Shown piece by piece: positions 1-12,875 of a stretch of DNA of 64,000 nucleotides (the first letter of the stretch is position 1; each line of letters begins with the position of its first letter). A program made the position numbers and the translations under genes. Origin of the DNA: Eledone cirrhosa (lineage: Eukaryota); the NCBI GenBank assembly GCA_964016885.1, contig OZ024740.1, positions 61,194,001 through 61,258,000 of the forward strand, given 5' to 3'. The notes under the pieces are model-generated. The model was not told the origin of the DNA and searched no databases. It saw nothing but the letters and a program-made list of their open reading frames with translations.

Positions 1-314
1 TATATAAATGGAAAAAATGAAACGAAATTTCATTCCTCACTCTTAGTACGGCTGTTACTTAAATATAAGTATGTATACAGACGTACAGTATATACATGCA
101 CACATATATATATGTACGCATATACATATATATATACAGACGTACAGTAGTATGTATATATATATATATACATACATGCACACGCATATACATGTACGCA
201 TGGATTCACCGAACATTTATTATAATGCTCGGTGTGTTTGTAAACAAACATCCCGAATTAAGCCGTACAGTGTCTAGCAACCATCGTTGCTCATTTGTTC
301 AACACTGACAATGA

Positions 315-357
315 ACGCTGTACTAGTTTCAAGCTTATTAGCTATCGTCAGCAACGT
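315..357 (-). ncRNA. Minimal type I hammerhead ribozyme (family A)
   Basis: Minus strand reads ACGTTG CTGACGA T AGCT aata AGCT T GAAA CTAG TA CAGCGT: stem I ACGTTG/CAGCGT, palindromic stem III, GUA cleavage triplet. Confidence 0.8.
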
Positions 358-730
358 ATACCTTCCTGCCAGATGATTGAACGTCTGAAAGTATATACTT
401 TCCTTATGCATATTAACGGCTGAGCAGCCTAATTTGCATATCGAGTGAGTTAATATGCGTACATATATATATATGTGTGCATGTATGTATATATATATAT
501 ACATACTACTGTACGTCTGTATACATATATATATGTACGTATACATACTTATATTTAAGTAACAGCCGTACTAAGAGTGAGAAATGAAATTTCGTTTCAT
601 TTTTTCCGTTTATCGTTTTCCGTACCCCGGCCGATTAACTCACTTGATATGCAAATTAGGCTGCTCAGCCGTTAATATGCATAAGAAAAGTATAAACTTT
701 CAGACGTTCAATCATCTGGCAGGAAGGTAC

Positions 731-773
731 ATGTTGCTGACGATAGCTAATAAGCTTGAAACTAGTACAGTGT
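731..773 (+). ncRNA. Minimal type I hammerhead ribozyme (family A)
   Basis: ATGTTG CTGACGA T AGCT aata AGCT T GAAA CTAG TA CAGTGT. Confidence 0.78.
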
Positions 774-1028
774 TCCTTTGTCAGTGTTGAACAAATGAGC
801 AACGATGGTTGCTAGACACTACGGCTTAATTCGGGATGTTTGTTTACAAACACACCGAGCATTATAATAAATGTTCGGTGAATCCATTCGTACATGTATA
901 TGTGTGTGCATGTATGTATATATATATACATACTACTGTACGTCTGTATATACATATGTGTGCATGTATGTATATATATATACATACTACTGTACGTCTG
1001 TATACATATATATATGTACGTATACATA

Positions 1029-1131
<103 letters not shown>

Positions 1132-1255
1132 ATGTATATATAATGCATTTTGCAATACCCTTTATGCTTAATTAAAAGCATTTTGAAGACCGTATGCTAT
1201 TGTTTTAGAGTAGTGACAAATTCACTTACTTTAATCTCAGCAAACAGGGGAGATA

Positions 1256-1300
1256 AGCCGACAAGGTCTTGTTTCGCTTTTGTTGAAGCTTATCAAGGCT
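1256..1300 (-). ncRNA. Hammerhead ribozyme, U3-A8 variant (family B)
   Basis: Minus strand reads AGCC TTGATAA GCTT caacaa AAGC GAAA CAAG ac CTTG TC GGCT. Confidence 0.72.
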
Positions 1301-1313
1301 AACTACCCCTCCT

Positions 1314-1356
1314 GCCTTGATAAGCTTCAACAAAAGCGAAACAAGGCCTTGTCGGC
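1314..1356 (+). ncRNA. Hammerhead ribozyme, U3-A8 variant (family B)
   Basis: GCC TTGATAA GCTT caacaa AAGC GAAA CAAGGCCTTG TC GGC; stem I is shortened by the inversion junction. Confidence 0.7.
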
Positions 1357-1629
1357 TTATCTCCCCTGTTTGCTGAGATTAAAGTAAGTGAATTTGTCAC
1401 TACTCTAAAACAATAGCATACGGTCTTCAAAATGCTTTTAATTAAGCATAAAGTGTATTGCAAAATGCATTATATATACATCCATATATATATTGCTATT
1501 TCAGAGCTCCAATTCTAATTTTTAATTTCTGCCTGACCAACAATCGCTCTGTATAATCAGTTCCTGATTATTTACTAGAATTCTATAAGAATATAACACC
1601 AGTAATCTCAGTAGACAGGAGGGGTAGTT

Positions 1630-1674
1630 AGCCTTGATAAGCTTCAACAAAAGCGAAACAAGGCCTTGTCGGCT
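1630..1674 (+). ncRNA. Hammerhead ribozyme, U3-A8 variant (family B)
   Basis: AGCC TTGATAA GCTT caacaa AAGC GAAA CAAGGCCTTG TC GGCT; GUC triplet ends at 1670. Confidence 0.78.
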
Positions 1675-1834
1675 TATCTCCCCTGTTTGCTGAGATTAAA
1701 GTAAGTGAATTTGTCACTACTCTAAAACAATAGCATACGGTCTTCAAAATGCTTTTAATTAAGCATAAAGGGTATTGCAAAATGCATTATATATACATCC
1801 ATATATATATTGCTATTTCAGAGCTCCAATTCTA

Positions 1835-1880
<46 letters not shown>

Positions 1881-2034
1881 ATGTGTTTATATCTTTATGT
1901 ATGTACATGTATGTGTGTGCATATATATATATATGTGTGTGTATATACAGACCTCACACACATGGATCATAATCTTAAGCAGAAAATAAAACAAGATTGA
2001 AGATGTATTTTATAGATGTAAGATTAAAGACAAT

Positions 2035-2335
2035 AAATGGTGGTGGTGAGGGAGTTGTAGTAATGGTTGTGATGTTGATGGCATGGTGGTGTGGTGATGA
2101 GGTGATGGTATGGTGGTGTCGTTGGTGATAGTATGGTGATGTGGGGATGGTATGGTGTCATTGGTGATGTGGAAATGGTATGGTGTTGTTGGTGATGGTG
2201 TCGTTGGTGATGGTATAGTGATGTGGGGATGGTATGGTGTCATTGGTGATGTGGAAATGGTATGGTGTTGTTGGTGATGGTGTCGTTGGTGATGGTGTCG
2301 TTGGTGATGGTATGGTGATGTGGGGATGGTATGCA
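2035..2335. repeat. (TGG/TGA)-rich low-complexity minisatellite
   Basis: Repeated GGTGATGGTGTCGTT and GGTGATGTGG units. Confidence 0.85.
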
Positions 2336-2356
2336 TATATACACACACACACACAC

Positions 2357-2413
<57 letters not shown>

Positions 2414-2416
2414 AGA

Positions 2417-2509
2417 TCCGATGGCTGAGCTCCGGCCATTTCGACAATAGATCCAAACTAAACCGCCAGTATTTGAACGGCGGGAATCTAACTGAGCTTA
2501 TCAAGAGGT
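2417..2509 (-). ncRNA. Hammerhead-like motif, U3-A8 core with extended stem II region (family C)
   Basis: Minus strand reads ACCTC TTGATAA ... GTC GAAA TGGC cggagctca GCCA TC GG. The 3' half matches the palindrome at 33300-33401. Confidence 0.5.
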
Positions 2510-2614
2510 ACAATCCATATATGGGCATACAGTCAAAGCTTTTAACAACTTCCTTGTGCTGAGTTTTTCCCATTTTTCTATAAATTCATATACATATATA
2601 CATATGTATAAAAA

Positions 2615-2910
2615 TGTGCAGGGTGATCAAAATTGATGGAAGTTATGGAGTAGGTAGACCCAGAAAGTCCTGGGGTGAGGTGATAAAATCTGTCCTTGCA
2701 CACCTCTAAGATCATGTCACAGGATTGAGATCTTTGACGCTATGCAGTAATACAGAAGACCCGCCTTCCCTTGCACGCAGACTTAAACTTACACTCAGTA
2801 GGCACATCATAATCCAATATACACCCCACACCCCCTACCACTTCCGCCCACACCACCCTTACTCTGTAATTTTATATTGGTACCACAAAACATCCAGTCG
2901 TCACTGTAAA
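2615..2910 (+). mobile_element. RTE LINE 3' end fragment, split by the hAT insertion (continues 6244-6411)
   Basis: Similar to the 3' end and UTR of the RTE at 42640-43211 (GGTAGACCCAGAAAG, AGAAGACCCGCC). The GAT-like tail is at ~6400-6411. Confidence 0.7.
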
Positions 2911-5900
2911 GTGGTCGCCAACCTTTCTAAAACAGAGGAACCCTCTAAATATTTTGAATTCTTCACGGAACCTATACAATACAAAACTTTTCAAAAAAAA
3001 TAATAAAGTATTTATTTATTTTAGTGTTTCATGCGTGTGTATGTAATCGAACACAATGGCTTTTCTGCTGCTGCGCCTCATCAGTGAGTTTAGAAAATCG
3101 AGGTTCAACACTAGTTAATGCCAGTCTCATACACTCGTCAATTGCTGACAGTTTATTCCTCTTCTTTGTGCAGATTTCCACCAACTGCGAAAACCCTTTT
3201 TCGCACAAATAGCTAGATGGGAATAAAGTCAAATACTTCAATGCAAGTTGGCTGATTTCATTAAACTCCCCAATCAAGAATAAGTCGATCCATAGTTCTT
3301 TCTTTCTGCTTTCGAATATCACTTTCAGGTCTTCGTTTGAATTCAAATCCATCAACTGATGTAAGCATTGGGCAGGTAGTACATTTTTACAATTTCCAGC
3401 GTCATTTTCTGACACTAACTGCTCGATCTCGGTGAACGGGTTTTTTATCCATAAATTTCCGCTAACAGTATCTTTTTCCATCAAGTCAAAATAATCTGAA
3501 AAACCTGTGGAAAGCACATTTAAATGAGAAAGAATAATCTTCTTTAGATTGCTGGAGTCAAAATTTTCTCTTTTTAAGCTCTATTTCAAGGTTTGAAAGT
3601 AATTGTCCGATTCAATTCTTTTTATAAAGATGTTTAATTTTGATTGAAAATATGTAATAAAATTGATTGAAGTAAAAATATCTGCATTGTTACCCTGAAG
3701 ACACTTATTTAGTTTGTTCAGTTCTCCAAAAATGTCTACTAAATAAGCGAGTTGCACATTCCATTCATTGGTTTCTAATACACTTACTCTTTCATCATTG
3801 TTTTTTTAGAAAAACTATTATTTCTTCTCTCAGTTCAAAAACTCTCTTCATAGCATCCCCAAAAGACAGCCAACGCACATCATTGTTCAATAACAATCTA
3901 TTATAATTACTTCCAGAAGATTCACAAATAGATTCAAACATTCTAGAATTTTTTGCTCTTGCATGGATCAAATTGATAATTTTGACAATGTCTTTCAGCT
4001 GGTCATTTAATATTTGAGCATCTCTGTCTTTGAATTTTTTTTAACACAAATCCTCTCGATGAATCATACAATGATTTGAAATACAATTTGGGGTCTGTTC
4101 TTTAATTTTTGCAATCAAACCAGAATTTTTACCAGTCATTGCAGCTGCTCCATCTGTTGTTATTGAAGTCATCTTGCTCCAAGATACACTATTTAAAAAA
4201 AAATACTCTTCAATTTTATTGAATATATCTTGACCTTTAGTTGTGATGTCTAATGCCAGACAAAACAAATACTCTTCTACTAATTCTTTTTTATCAAGGT
4301 CTACAAACCGTACATAGCAAATTAATTGAGCCTTGTTATTAATATCCGTAGTTTCGTCCACTTGCAGTCCAAAACATGGGCTTTTCTTTAGTGAAGTTAG
4401 TATCTGATTTTCTATATCAGAAGAAATATCAATTATCCCTCTTTTTACGGTATTTGCTGACAATGGTAACTGGCTTAATTTTTCTTTGTCCTTAATACTG
4501 CAGCTTTCAAAAAGATTCTCTGTAACAATTTTTATACTTGGCAGAATTAACTGTTCTCCTAATGTAAATGGTTTCTTGTTTTTACCAATCAAATGTGAAA
4601 TCTCAAAAGATGTTCTTGTTAAAGCTTTATTTCTATATGACTTTTTACAAAACAAGTCATACATATTAGCTTGTGATTTTTTTATGTTGTTTTTCAGCGA
4701 AGTAAAGTATTCCAGTGACTTGTTTTTATCATTGGTGTGATTAGTATCAATGTGTCTTTTAAGTTTTGCAGGATTTAAACAGCTATTTGATAGAACTTTT
4801 GAACATAGCAAACACATGGGCTGATTTGGTGTATCTTTTTTAGTGTCAGCTTTTTGAAATCCATATCTAACATAATCATCACACCACTGTCTAACCTTAC
4901 TGCTGGTATCTAACTTCAGCTTCTTTGCAGTAGACATCATATCAATGTTATTTATCTACAGTTAACATTTTTAATATGACATTAATAAACAAGAGAAATT
5001 AACAGTTTTTTTAATTACAAAAAGTACTTAAATTAACTTTAATTTTAGATATTTGGAAAAACTTAACTAGTTAAAAAAAAATTTTAATTTAAAAAAATTG
5101 AAATTTTTCCATTTTAGGATGGCAAACATTATTTAAAGTCTTATAATAATATTAAAATATTAGGGGTTACTGAAAAAGGTGCAAATTTATGAACTAGAAG
5201 AAATTTTTTTCAGAGTCCAGCACTTCCTGCATATACTACTTTAGGGTCGTATTAAATATTATTGGTAATGTAAATATATTTAAATATCCGCCATACTAAA
5301 AGGTGCAAAAAATGCAAATCAGCTGATAGTGTAGATGTGACGATGGTATTGGAAATTAATTCAGATATCTTCTATCTATTTTGACTCAAAATTAGATATA
5401 ATATAAGAAGGCTTTAGGCTGCGTTAAACATATATTAGATTGGAACAAATAAAGTATAGTCAAATGTTTGTGGACATATATATTTATTGTATAAAGTAAT
5501 TTCTCAATTGTGAATGCAGATGTCATCAAATGAATACATAATTGTGTGGCAAAGTTTATAGTGTATGCATGGAATACAAAATTACCTTTGTTAGTAGTCG
5601 AAACTTTACAGGCGTTATATTTTCTGTGCAAAGTACAACAGAATGTAACGTGTTCTTATTTAGAATTGTCTGTGGAACTGGATGCATGTTGAAAACGACT
5701 AGTAAGCGAGTTCACTCAGTGAGGAAACTTTAGACGACTTTAAAGCTTTTGTGAGGGCAGCAGATTAAAACGTGTTCTCTATTGAAAACATTCTACTGAA
5801 CTTACGTTGTGAGAACAGCGAACTGACCCTGTCTCTTGGCTGAGAGACCTCGCTGAACTGAAGTTTTCAGTTTAAAGTTATGCTGTCATCGACCAACATT

Positions 5901-6243
5901 TACTTGTTCGTGATTGGTCAATTTCTAAGTTCAATTAGTGTATTATCAGTAGTAGTCAAATTCTCGGAATTCAGAAAACTATGTCTTTCCAAGAATTGAT
6001 GTGAAATTGAAAGTATTCAATTTCCAGGAATCTCAGAACAGTGTTTTCCTGCTAATTCAAGTGAGAAACTGAAAGTAGTGTTTTCCACGAATTGGAGTGG
6101 AGAACCTGTGTACACTACAATAGTACTCGTTCATTTATACATTGCACCTTTGGCATTTTCTTTGCACCTTTTTCAGAAAACCCAAAATATTAATGGTAAT
6201 GTAAATATCTATTTTTTTAAGGAACCCATGTTGGCGACCACTG
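2909..6243 (-). mobile_element. hAT superfamily (Buster group) DNA transposon, full length
   Basis: TIRs are (C)AGTGGTCGCCAAC at 2910-2922 and GTTGGCGACCACTG at 6230-6243. The right flank GTGTAGGA fits the Buster NNNTANNN target. Internal transposase present. Confidence 0.9.
3029..4940 (-). pseudogene. Buster/ZBED8/SCAND3-like hAT transposase, frameshifted
   Basis: BED finger PMCLLC...KLKRHIDTNH, LQVDETTD, TDGAAAM, HCMIHRE, RWLS (~3865) and dimerisation motif SSYLCEKGFS. Split into ORFs 4041-4940 and 3029-3517 with frameshifts between them. Confidence 0.92.
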
Positions 6244-6410
6244 GTGTAGGAGACAAGGCAAAAAGCACACAGCACACACTGTTAATGTGGTTGGCGCTAG
6301 GAACGGCAGAAAGAGTCCTATATGAACGAGACAAGGTCACCCGACCCAGCTTGCCTCAAATGGGACAAATCCATCTAACCCATGCTAAAGTGGAAGATAT
6401 GATGACGATG

Positions 6411-6502
<92 letters not shown>

Positions 6503-6571
6503 CATACATACATACATACATACATACATACATACTACATACATACATACATACATACATACATACATACA

Positions 6572-6643
<72 letters not shown>

Positions 6644-6704
6644 CATACATACATACATACACACATACATACATACATATATATATATATATAATATATA
6701 TATA

Positions 6705-6888
6705 TATATTAAATTGCCTTGTCTGATGAACGAATGAGGACGTTTCTTGTATTCGTCTTATTCGGGAAACCTCTGGTAATGAGGTAATTATATTGTATTG
6801 TTTATTATACATTAAATTTAGCTCTGTAACTTACATAGAGCACTCTTCACTCCTCTAACTTTTTCAATTTTCAACGGAAACTTCAATA

Positions 6889-6892
<4 letters not shown>
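6705..6892 (+). mobile_element. HHR-bearing element, family D; inverted partner at 7765-7950
   Basis: Near-perfect reverse complement of 7765-7950, with (TA)n flanks. Confidence 0.75.
6716..6785 (+). ncRNA. Type I hammerhead ribozyme (family D)
   Basis: GCCTTGT CTGATGA A CGAATGAGGACG..CGTCTTATTCG G GAAA CC tct GG TA ATGAGGT. Confidence 0.8.
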
Positions 6893-6959
<67 letters not shown>

Positions 6960-6996
6960 ATATGTAATGTATATGTACATGTATATGTATATATAT

Positions 6997-7030
<34 letters not shown>

Positions 7031-7237
7031 ATATAAAAGACGTAAAATAAGAAAATTTTAAAAAATTTTGAAAAATTAACTTACTAAAATTTTTAGAATC
7101 TGCCATTTGACCAGAGACAGCGAGCTTTTCAGTACATGGAATCCAGTCCCCGCTAGCTGTTCCATCTACCGAATTATTATTATTTTTATATGAGTCCCCA
7201 GTGTCCGCGTATTGCCTGGAGACTTAGCTGAGAATAG

Positions 7238-7319
7238 ACTCCCTGATGGCGCAATGAATTCTCGACAGTTAGATTACGTAACTGTCTTTATCCCATTGCA
7301 GAAACTAATTAGTTGGAGT
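7238..7319 (+). ncRNA. Type I hammerhead ribozyme (family E, A9G variant)
   Basis: ACTCC CTGATGG C GCAATG ... CATTGC A GAAA CTAATTAG TT GGAGT. The host element 7035-7430 has an inverted 3' segment upstream. Confidence 0.65.
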
Positions 7320-7493
7320 GAAAATTTTAGTAAGTAAGTTAATTTTTTTAATTTTTTAAAAATTTTCTTATTTTACGTCTTTTATATTATTGTTCTGCAT
7401 CCTCCTGCATTGAACCACCTAGGTACTATGACATAACCTGTGTATTTGCTAGCATTAGCGTACATCTGTACGCATATGTTAGTAGATATACTA

Positions 7494-7573
<80 letters not shown>

Positions 7574-7581
<8 letters not shown>

Positions 7582-7669
7582 ATACTTTGGGAGGGTCATG
7601 TTGCCAATAAGAAACACACGTGCGTGTGTTTCTTATTGGCAACATGACCCTCCCAAAGTATAACAATAT
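7574..7669. repeat. Near-perfect palindrome built from a PLE pLTR end (family H)
   Basis: ATATTGTTATACTTTGGGAGGGTCATGTTGCCAATAAGAAACACACG followed by its reverse complement. Homologous to 26565-26590 and 61513-61556. Confidence 0.8.
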
Positions 7670-7871
7670 CGGTTTCAACACACGATTTCAGATAAAGAAT
7701 CTTGCTAAACAAATTCAGAAACGAAATATATATATATACATATACATATACATATACATATATATAAGTATTGAAGTTTCCGTTGAAAATTGAAAAAGTT
7801 AGAGGAGTGAAGAGTGCTCTATGTAAGTTACAGAGCTAAATTTAATGTATAATAAACAATACAATATAATT

Positions 7872-7941
7872 ACCTCATTACCAGAGGTTTCCCGAATAAG
7901 ACGAATACAAGAAACGTCCTCATTCGTTCGTCAGACAAGGC
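7872..7941 (-). ncRNA. Type I hammerhead ribozyme (family D, inverted copy, CUGACGA core)
   Basis: Reverse complement of 6716-6785 with a change only at the free N7 position of the core. Confidence 0.8.
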
Positions 7942-8369
7942 AATTTAAAACTGAAATATTTGAAAAATCTCCTCAAGAAAGGCAAAAGTTTAACGGGCAA
8001 AAAAAAAATATAAATAAAAGTAATGCAAGAGATATATAAAAATAAAATAAGGAAATAGTGTTAGGGTATGTGTATAAATGTGTGTATATGCACTTACAAA
8101 TGTACATGTGTGTGTATGTACAAATGCATGTGTATAGGGAAAAAATGTGTGCGTAAGTATATGAGGTCAAGCATATCAGTGTATGTGTGACCACAAATAC
8201 GTATATAATATATGTTGAAAAAAGAAATTGTAAGATAATAGAGTTAACATACATACAGACTCAGGGACTAAGGATTGAAATATATATACATACAAGTATG
8301 AAAGCACGCGTATAAACACACACACACGCGCAACCACATACATGCAAAGCGCATGAAAGACGACAGCTG

Positions 8370-8935
8370 TATAAAAAAGTGCAGGGCGATCAAAATCGAC
8401 GGTAGCCACGGAGTAGGCAGACCCAGAAAAACCTGGGACGACTTGATAAATTCCGACCTCACACATTTACACCTCTCCAAGACAATGTCACTGGACCGAG
8501 ATTTTTGACGCTACGCAGTAATACAGAAGACCCGCCTTGCCTAAGTGCAAAGCAAAACCTACAGTCAGTAGGCACCTCTTACCAAAATACACCCCCGTCC
8601 CACTAACCCCACCCCACCCACACCACCCCCTTTCGATGTAAAGTTATGTTGGTACCACAACATCCAGTCCTAAATAAATGAGGTCGTGTAGGTGTCACGA
8701 CAAAAAAAACACAGTCTACACTGTCATGTGGCCGTGTAGGTAACACGGTAAAAACCTCCCAGTCCACACTGTAAACGTGGTTGGTGTTTGGAAGGGCATC
8801 CAGCCGTAGAAAACCCGCCAGATAGTCCTATACGAGCAAGACAACCAATCTTGACTCAAGTGGGAAAATTCCCGTCCAAGCCCATGCTAGCGTGGAAGAT
8901 AGACGTTAAACGATGATGATGATGATGATGATGAA
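8370..8935 (+). mobile_element. RTE LINE 3' fragment with (GAT)n tail
   Basis: Close homologue of 42630-43211. Confidence 0.85.
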
Positions 8936-9159
8936 TAATAACATTCGATTCGTTTGCAATTATGCAAACAAGCCTCAATTTTATAGCCATGTCAGTAGAA
9001 TGAACCCTTCAGCGTAACCAAACTATCAGTTATTTTGAAACAAAAGAAATTGGATGGACATGAAAAAAAAAAAAAAAAAAGGGTTATCTGTCTGTCGTTT
9101 AAAATCATTGCTTCTAAATGAAAATCTCATAAGGCTTTATTCGAGATGAATGCTTTTTT

Positions 9160-9625
9160 TTACAAAATATTTGCTTGTTTTACGGTGTATTCAAATAGGC
9201 TTGTTTTCAAGTAAAAATATTGTTTTAAAAGACTTTTTAATGGAAATGAAGCAAAATGGAAGCTTAATGTTGAAACTTCGAACATGAATTTTGCTGGTCC
9301 GAAAACTGTTCGCGTATTTTTTGTATTTTTGCACGCGTAGTTTGTTCGTAACTTAAATAGATAAACAAATGACGCCATAAAAGGGAAATAACTCGTCTCT
9401 CATCTCTATTTATACATTTGAACTGAAAAATCAATACATTACAAATTCGATTTTTGCACTTGGCGTGGGTCGATTTGAAAATCTTTTTGACCGATATCTC
9501 CGCCGGACCTTCATCTATAAGTGTAGCAATTTCACCGAAATTTGAACGTACGGTTTAAGAGGGGATCTGTGCCGACCGTTTTAGTAGACAGACAGACAGA
9601 CAGACAACCTAAATTTATATATACA
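9160..9625 (-). mobile_element. Non-autonomous Helitron-like element, 5' portion
   Basis: (ACAG)n followed by TTTATATATA at the end; homologous to 20092-20783. Confidence 0.55.
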
Positions 9626-11012
9626 GACAAGCGATTGCAATACTCTTAGCAGAGTCTGAAGCCATCATGTATGTATGTATGTATATATATATGTGTGAGT
9701 GAGTGTGTGTATGGGTGTGTATGTGCGTGTGTGTGTGTCTGTGTGTGCCTGTGTGTGTGTGTGTGTATGTGCGTGTGTCTGTGTGTGTGTGTCTTTTATA
9801 ACAAATAATTTTAATTAATATATACCACCTTGTATGAAAGATAACTGTTAGAATTAGGCATCCGTTTTCGGATGTTAGAAATTACACCAGCAATTCTTTT
9901 ACTAAGAGTAAACGATTTGTTTCTATTGTAAAGTTGCCTAGAAACCACTAACATTAGTTGTTGCGTTCAAGCTATGTTTAAATATAGTGATAACAAAAAC
10001 TGCAGATTAAGACAATAATCTCTTCTTAACGTCCTTTTGACAATATATTTTATTACTATTATATGTATATTAGCTAGGTCAAAGAGCGTGAGATATAAAT
10101 GTATGATATTTAATATTCATTTACTTCCAGTCAGACAGGAGGGAAGGGCCAAGATAGCGTAGGGCTACGATTTTGAAGTGTGTAGGTGTGTGTGTGTCTC
10201 TGTGTGTGGTGGGGGTTACTGTCCTGAAATTCAAGTTCTTTTAGTGTTCTTTTCCTTGGAAATACATCACCTACACTGCATTCACATGTGTATACCCTTA
10301 ACCCACACATAAACCATATGTATTTAACACTAAAATCGACCTGGAGAGAACGTTTTGAGGAGGCAAGTCGGCCTGGTCGGTGGCGTTTGCGGAAAGCGCG
10401 CTGGAACTCCTTGGCGGGGATGCAACAGAAGTCTGGCAAAACTTCCTAGAGCGCCTGGACGGCTGGATGGAGGAACTCCGAACTCCCTCAAAATATTTAA
10501 CGGGTAGATTTAAATTGGGCCTATATTTCACATCTGGTTTGTGGCTTGGGCCTAGTGCCAGTGTTGAATGTGGGTGTCCTATATTTTACATCTGGCCTGG
10601 GACTATTACCAGCGTTGCTCTCTTTTGTTGGTTCATTCCTTTTTTCTTACCCTTTTTCCTATTTTCCTTTCTTTATGTCCTTATTGCCATACATAATGTA
10701 CAGGTTTTTATTACTGAATATTTAATATTGCAGAAAATCTTAGGAAATTAAACAATTTAATGTATTGACCTTCGACAACTGAAACAGGTGGAATGGATAT
10801 ATTAGGTAAATAAATATATCAATTTCAGTTTTTATATGTCAACATGCACATCAACGAGGGAAACTCTTCGTAGTTTATGGAACGGCAAAAATAGCAGCCA
10901 AATATCAACCAAAATAAAAACACACTTCTGTTTTTTCTAAAGAAGGAAGGACTTAAGAACAGCAAAAAAACACACATACACACGCACATACACAAAAACA
11001 CTCACACATCTG

Positions 11013-11091
<79 letters not shown>

Positions 11092-11644
11092 TTACGGGGA
11101 CGATAAAATAAAGTACCAGTAATGTACTGGGATAATTCCTGACCTTGTGCCCAAAGTAGAAACAATTATTAGTTGCAGGGCAATGGCTCTACCGGCCTAC
11201 TCTTCCTCAATTTCTTCCAGTCAGGCTTTCATCAGCGAGATCCTCTGTAAGACGGCCGAAACTGACGTGGCCCCAAGCTCGAACGAACTTTGGCCGACTG
11301 GACAGGCGAAGGCTTCTCTGTCCCCCAGTATACAAATGTCCAGCGTAACTGGGAGGATATCAAATGAAGGTCTTCCTAAAGGCAGATCGAGTCTGGCTTG
11401 GATCAACGCTGCCTCGCCTGCCTCCGCTCCGCTTCACAGCCAAAGAGCGGTGCATGGCTCAATTCGGTGCCCTCATCAACAACCGGTATCCTTCCTTTTC
11501 AGTTTTTTAATAATTGTAGTGTTTTTCTAATTATTTTATAATCATTCATTGCTGTAGTTACTCATTTATTAAATTGTGCATATTTTTAATGAATGCATTT
11601 GAAAGGTTAAAGAAGATTTTTATTATGATGATAGAATTTGAGCG

Positions 11645-11862
11645 CGATGGATTTGCAGTATCGGTAGAGTGTCGGACGCCATGCTTTGCAACATAGAATT
11701 ACGGCCCTTTATGATCTGAGTTCAAATCCTATCGAGGTTAAATTTGCCTTTTATACTTAAGGGGTTGATAAAATAAAGTACCAGTCACGCACTGGGATCA
11801 GTTTAATCGACTTTCCCCTTCCCCAAAATTGCTGGCCTTGTGCCTATATAAGATACCATTAT
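11645..11862 (+). mobile_element. tRNA-derived SINE (duplicate at ~16590-16808)
   Basis: B-box GAGTTCAAATCC, core TTTGCCTTT...GGGGTTGATAAAATAAAGTACCAG, tail GCTGGCCTTGTGCC. Confidence 0.8.
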
Positions 11863-12043
11863 GATGATAACATTTAGGTAACTAATTTCTCGAAATAACT
11901 TTATTAATTTCTTTATCCCTCTTACTGTTAGCTGCCACATTTGTGTGTTGCACAAGAGAACAACTGACAACTGTACACGTGCTTGTCTTTTTCAAATGTT
12001 CTGTGTCCTTTAATCTCCACGTTTTTTCAAAATTATATATATT

Positions 12044-12480
12044 CTAGCAGTGGTACTCGGCGTTGCACGGGATAAGGTATTTTAGAACGCGGGCTGCCAA
12101 CAGACCTAATCGTGGAAAAACTGCACGCCTGGACAATATGTAAAGAAAATAAACCGAATACTCTGATGGCTGGATAATCTTTAAGATTTTCACCTAATGC
12201 GGGCCCTAGACCATAACAAAGTTGGATTTACTTTGCTCACGGTATGAAGAAGAGATTGACTAATACATAGTTACAATTTCAAGGAAATCAGACTCACGTA
12301 ACGACTAAAAAAACCCCTAAAAACCTGAAAAACACAGTTTTTCAACTAATGCGGTCCCTAGGGTATCAAAAAGTTGAATTTGTTATGTGCATAACACTCC
12401 CTGAAACATAAGTAATACACATGTAAAGTTTGAAAAAAGTCCGTTGGGTACTTCTCGAGTTTTAGGGATTCAAACTCACA

Positions 12481-12576
<96 letters not shown>

Positions 12577-12875
12577 TCCTCAGGGAAGTGACGTAATGCA
12601 GACAGCCAGACATACAGACAGATATTAGAAGGGCGCGACGTTATATGTATGTATCTATCTAAAAAGAGAAATACTAAGACTATAGAGAGAGATCGCTAAA
12701 TCGCCTAATGCGGTCCCTAGGGCATTAAAAATTTGAAATTCATTTTGCTCAGAACACTCCCTGAAACATAAGTATTACATGTGTAAAGTTTGAAAACAGT
12801 CGGTTGGGTGGTTCTCGAGTTTTAGGGATTCAAACTCACACACACAGACAGACATCCTCAGTTTTATATATATAG
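12044..12875 (-). mobile_element. Non-autonomous Helitron-like element (duplicate at 16989-17840)
   Basis: Minus strand: 5' TCTATATATATAAAA..(GTCT)n; 3' CCCGTGCAACGCCGAG hairpin then CTAG. Internal direct repeats. Confidence 0.65.

Noticed and set aside
11645-11740. SINE heads as tRNA genes
   Set aside because: A B-box is present, but there is no complete cloverleaf and the sequence continues into the SINE core.
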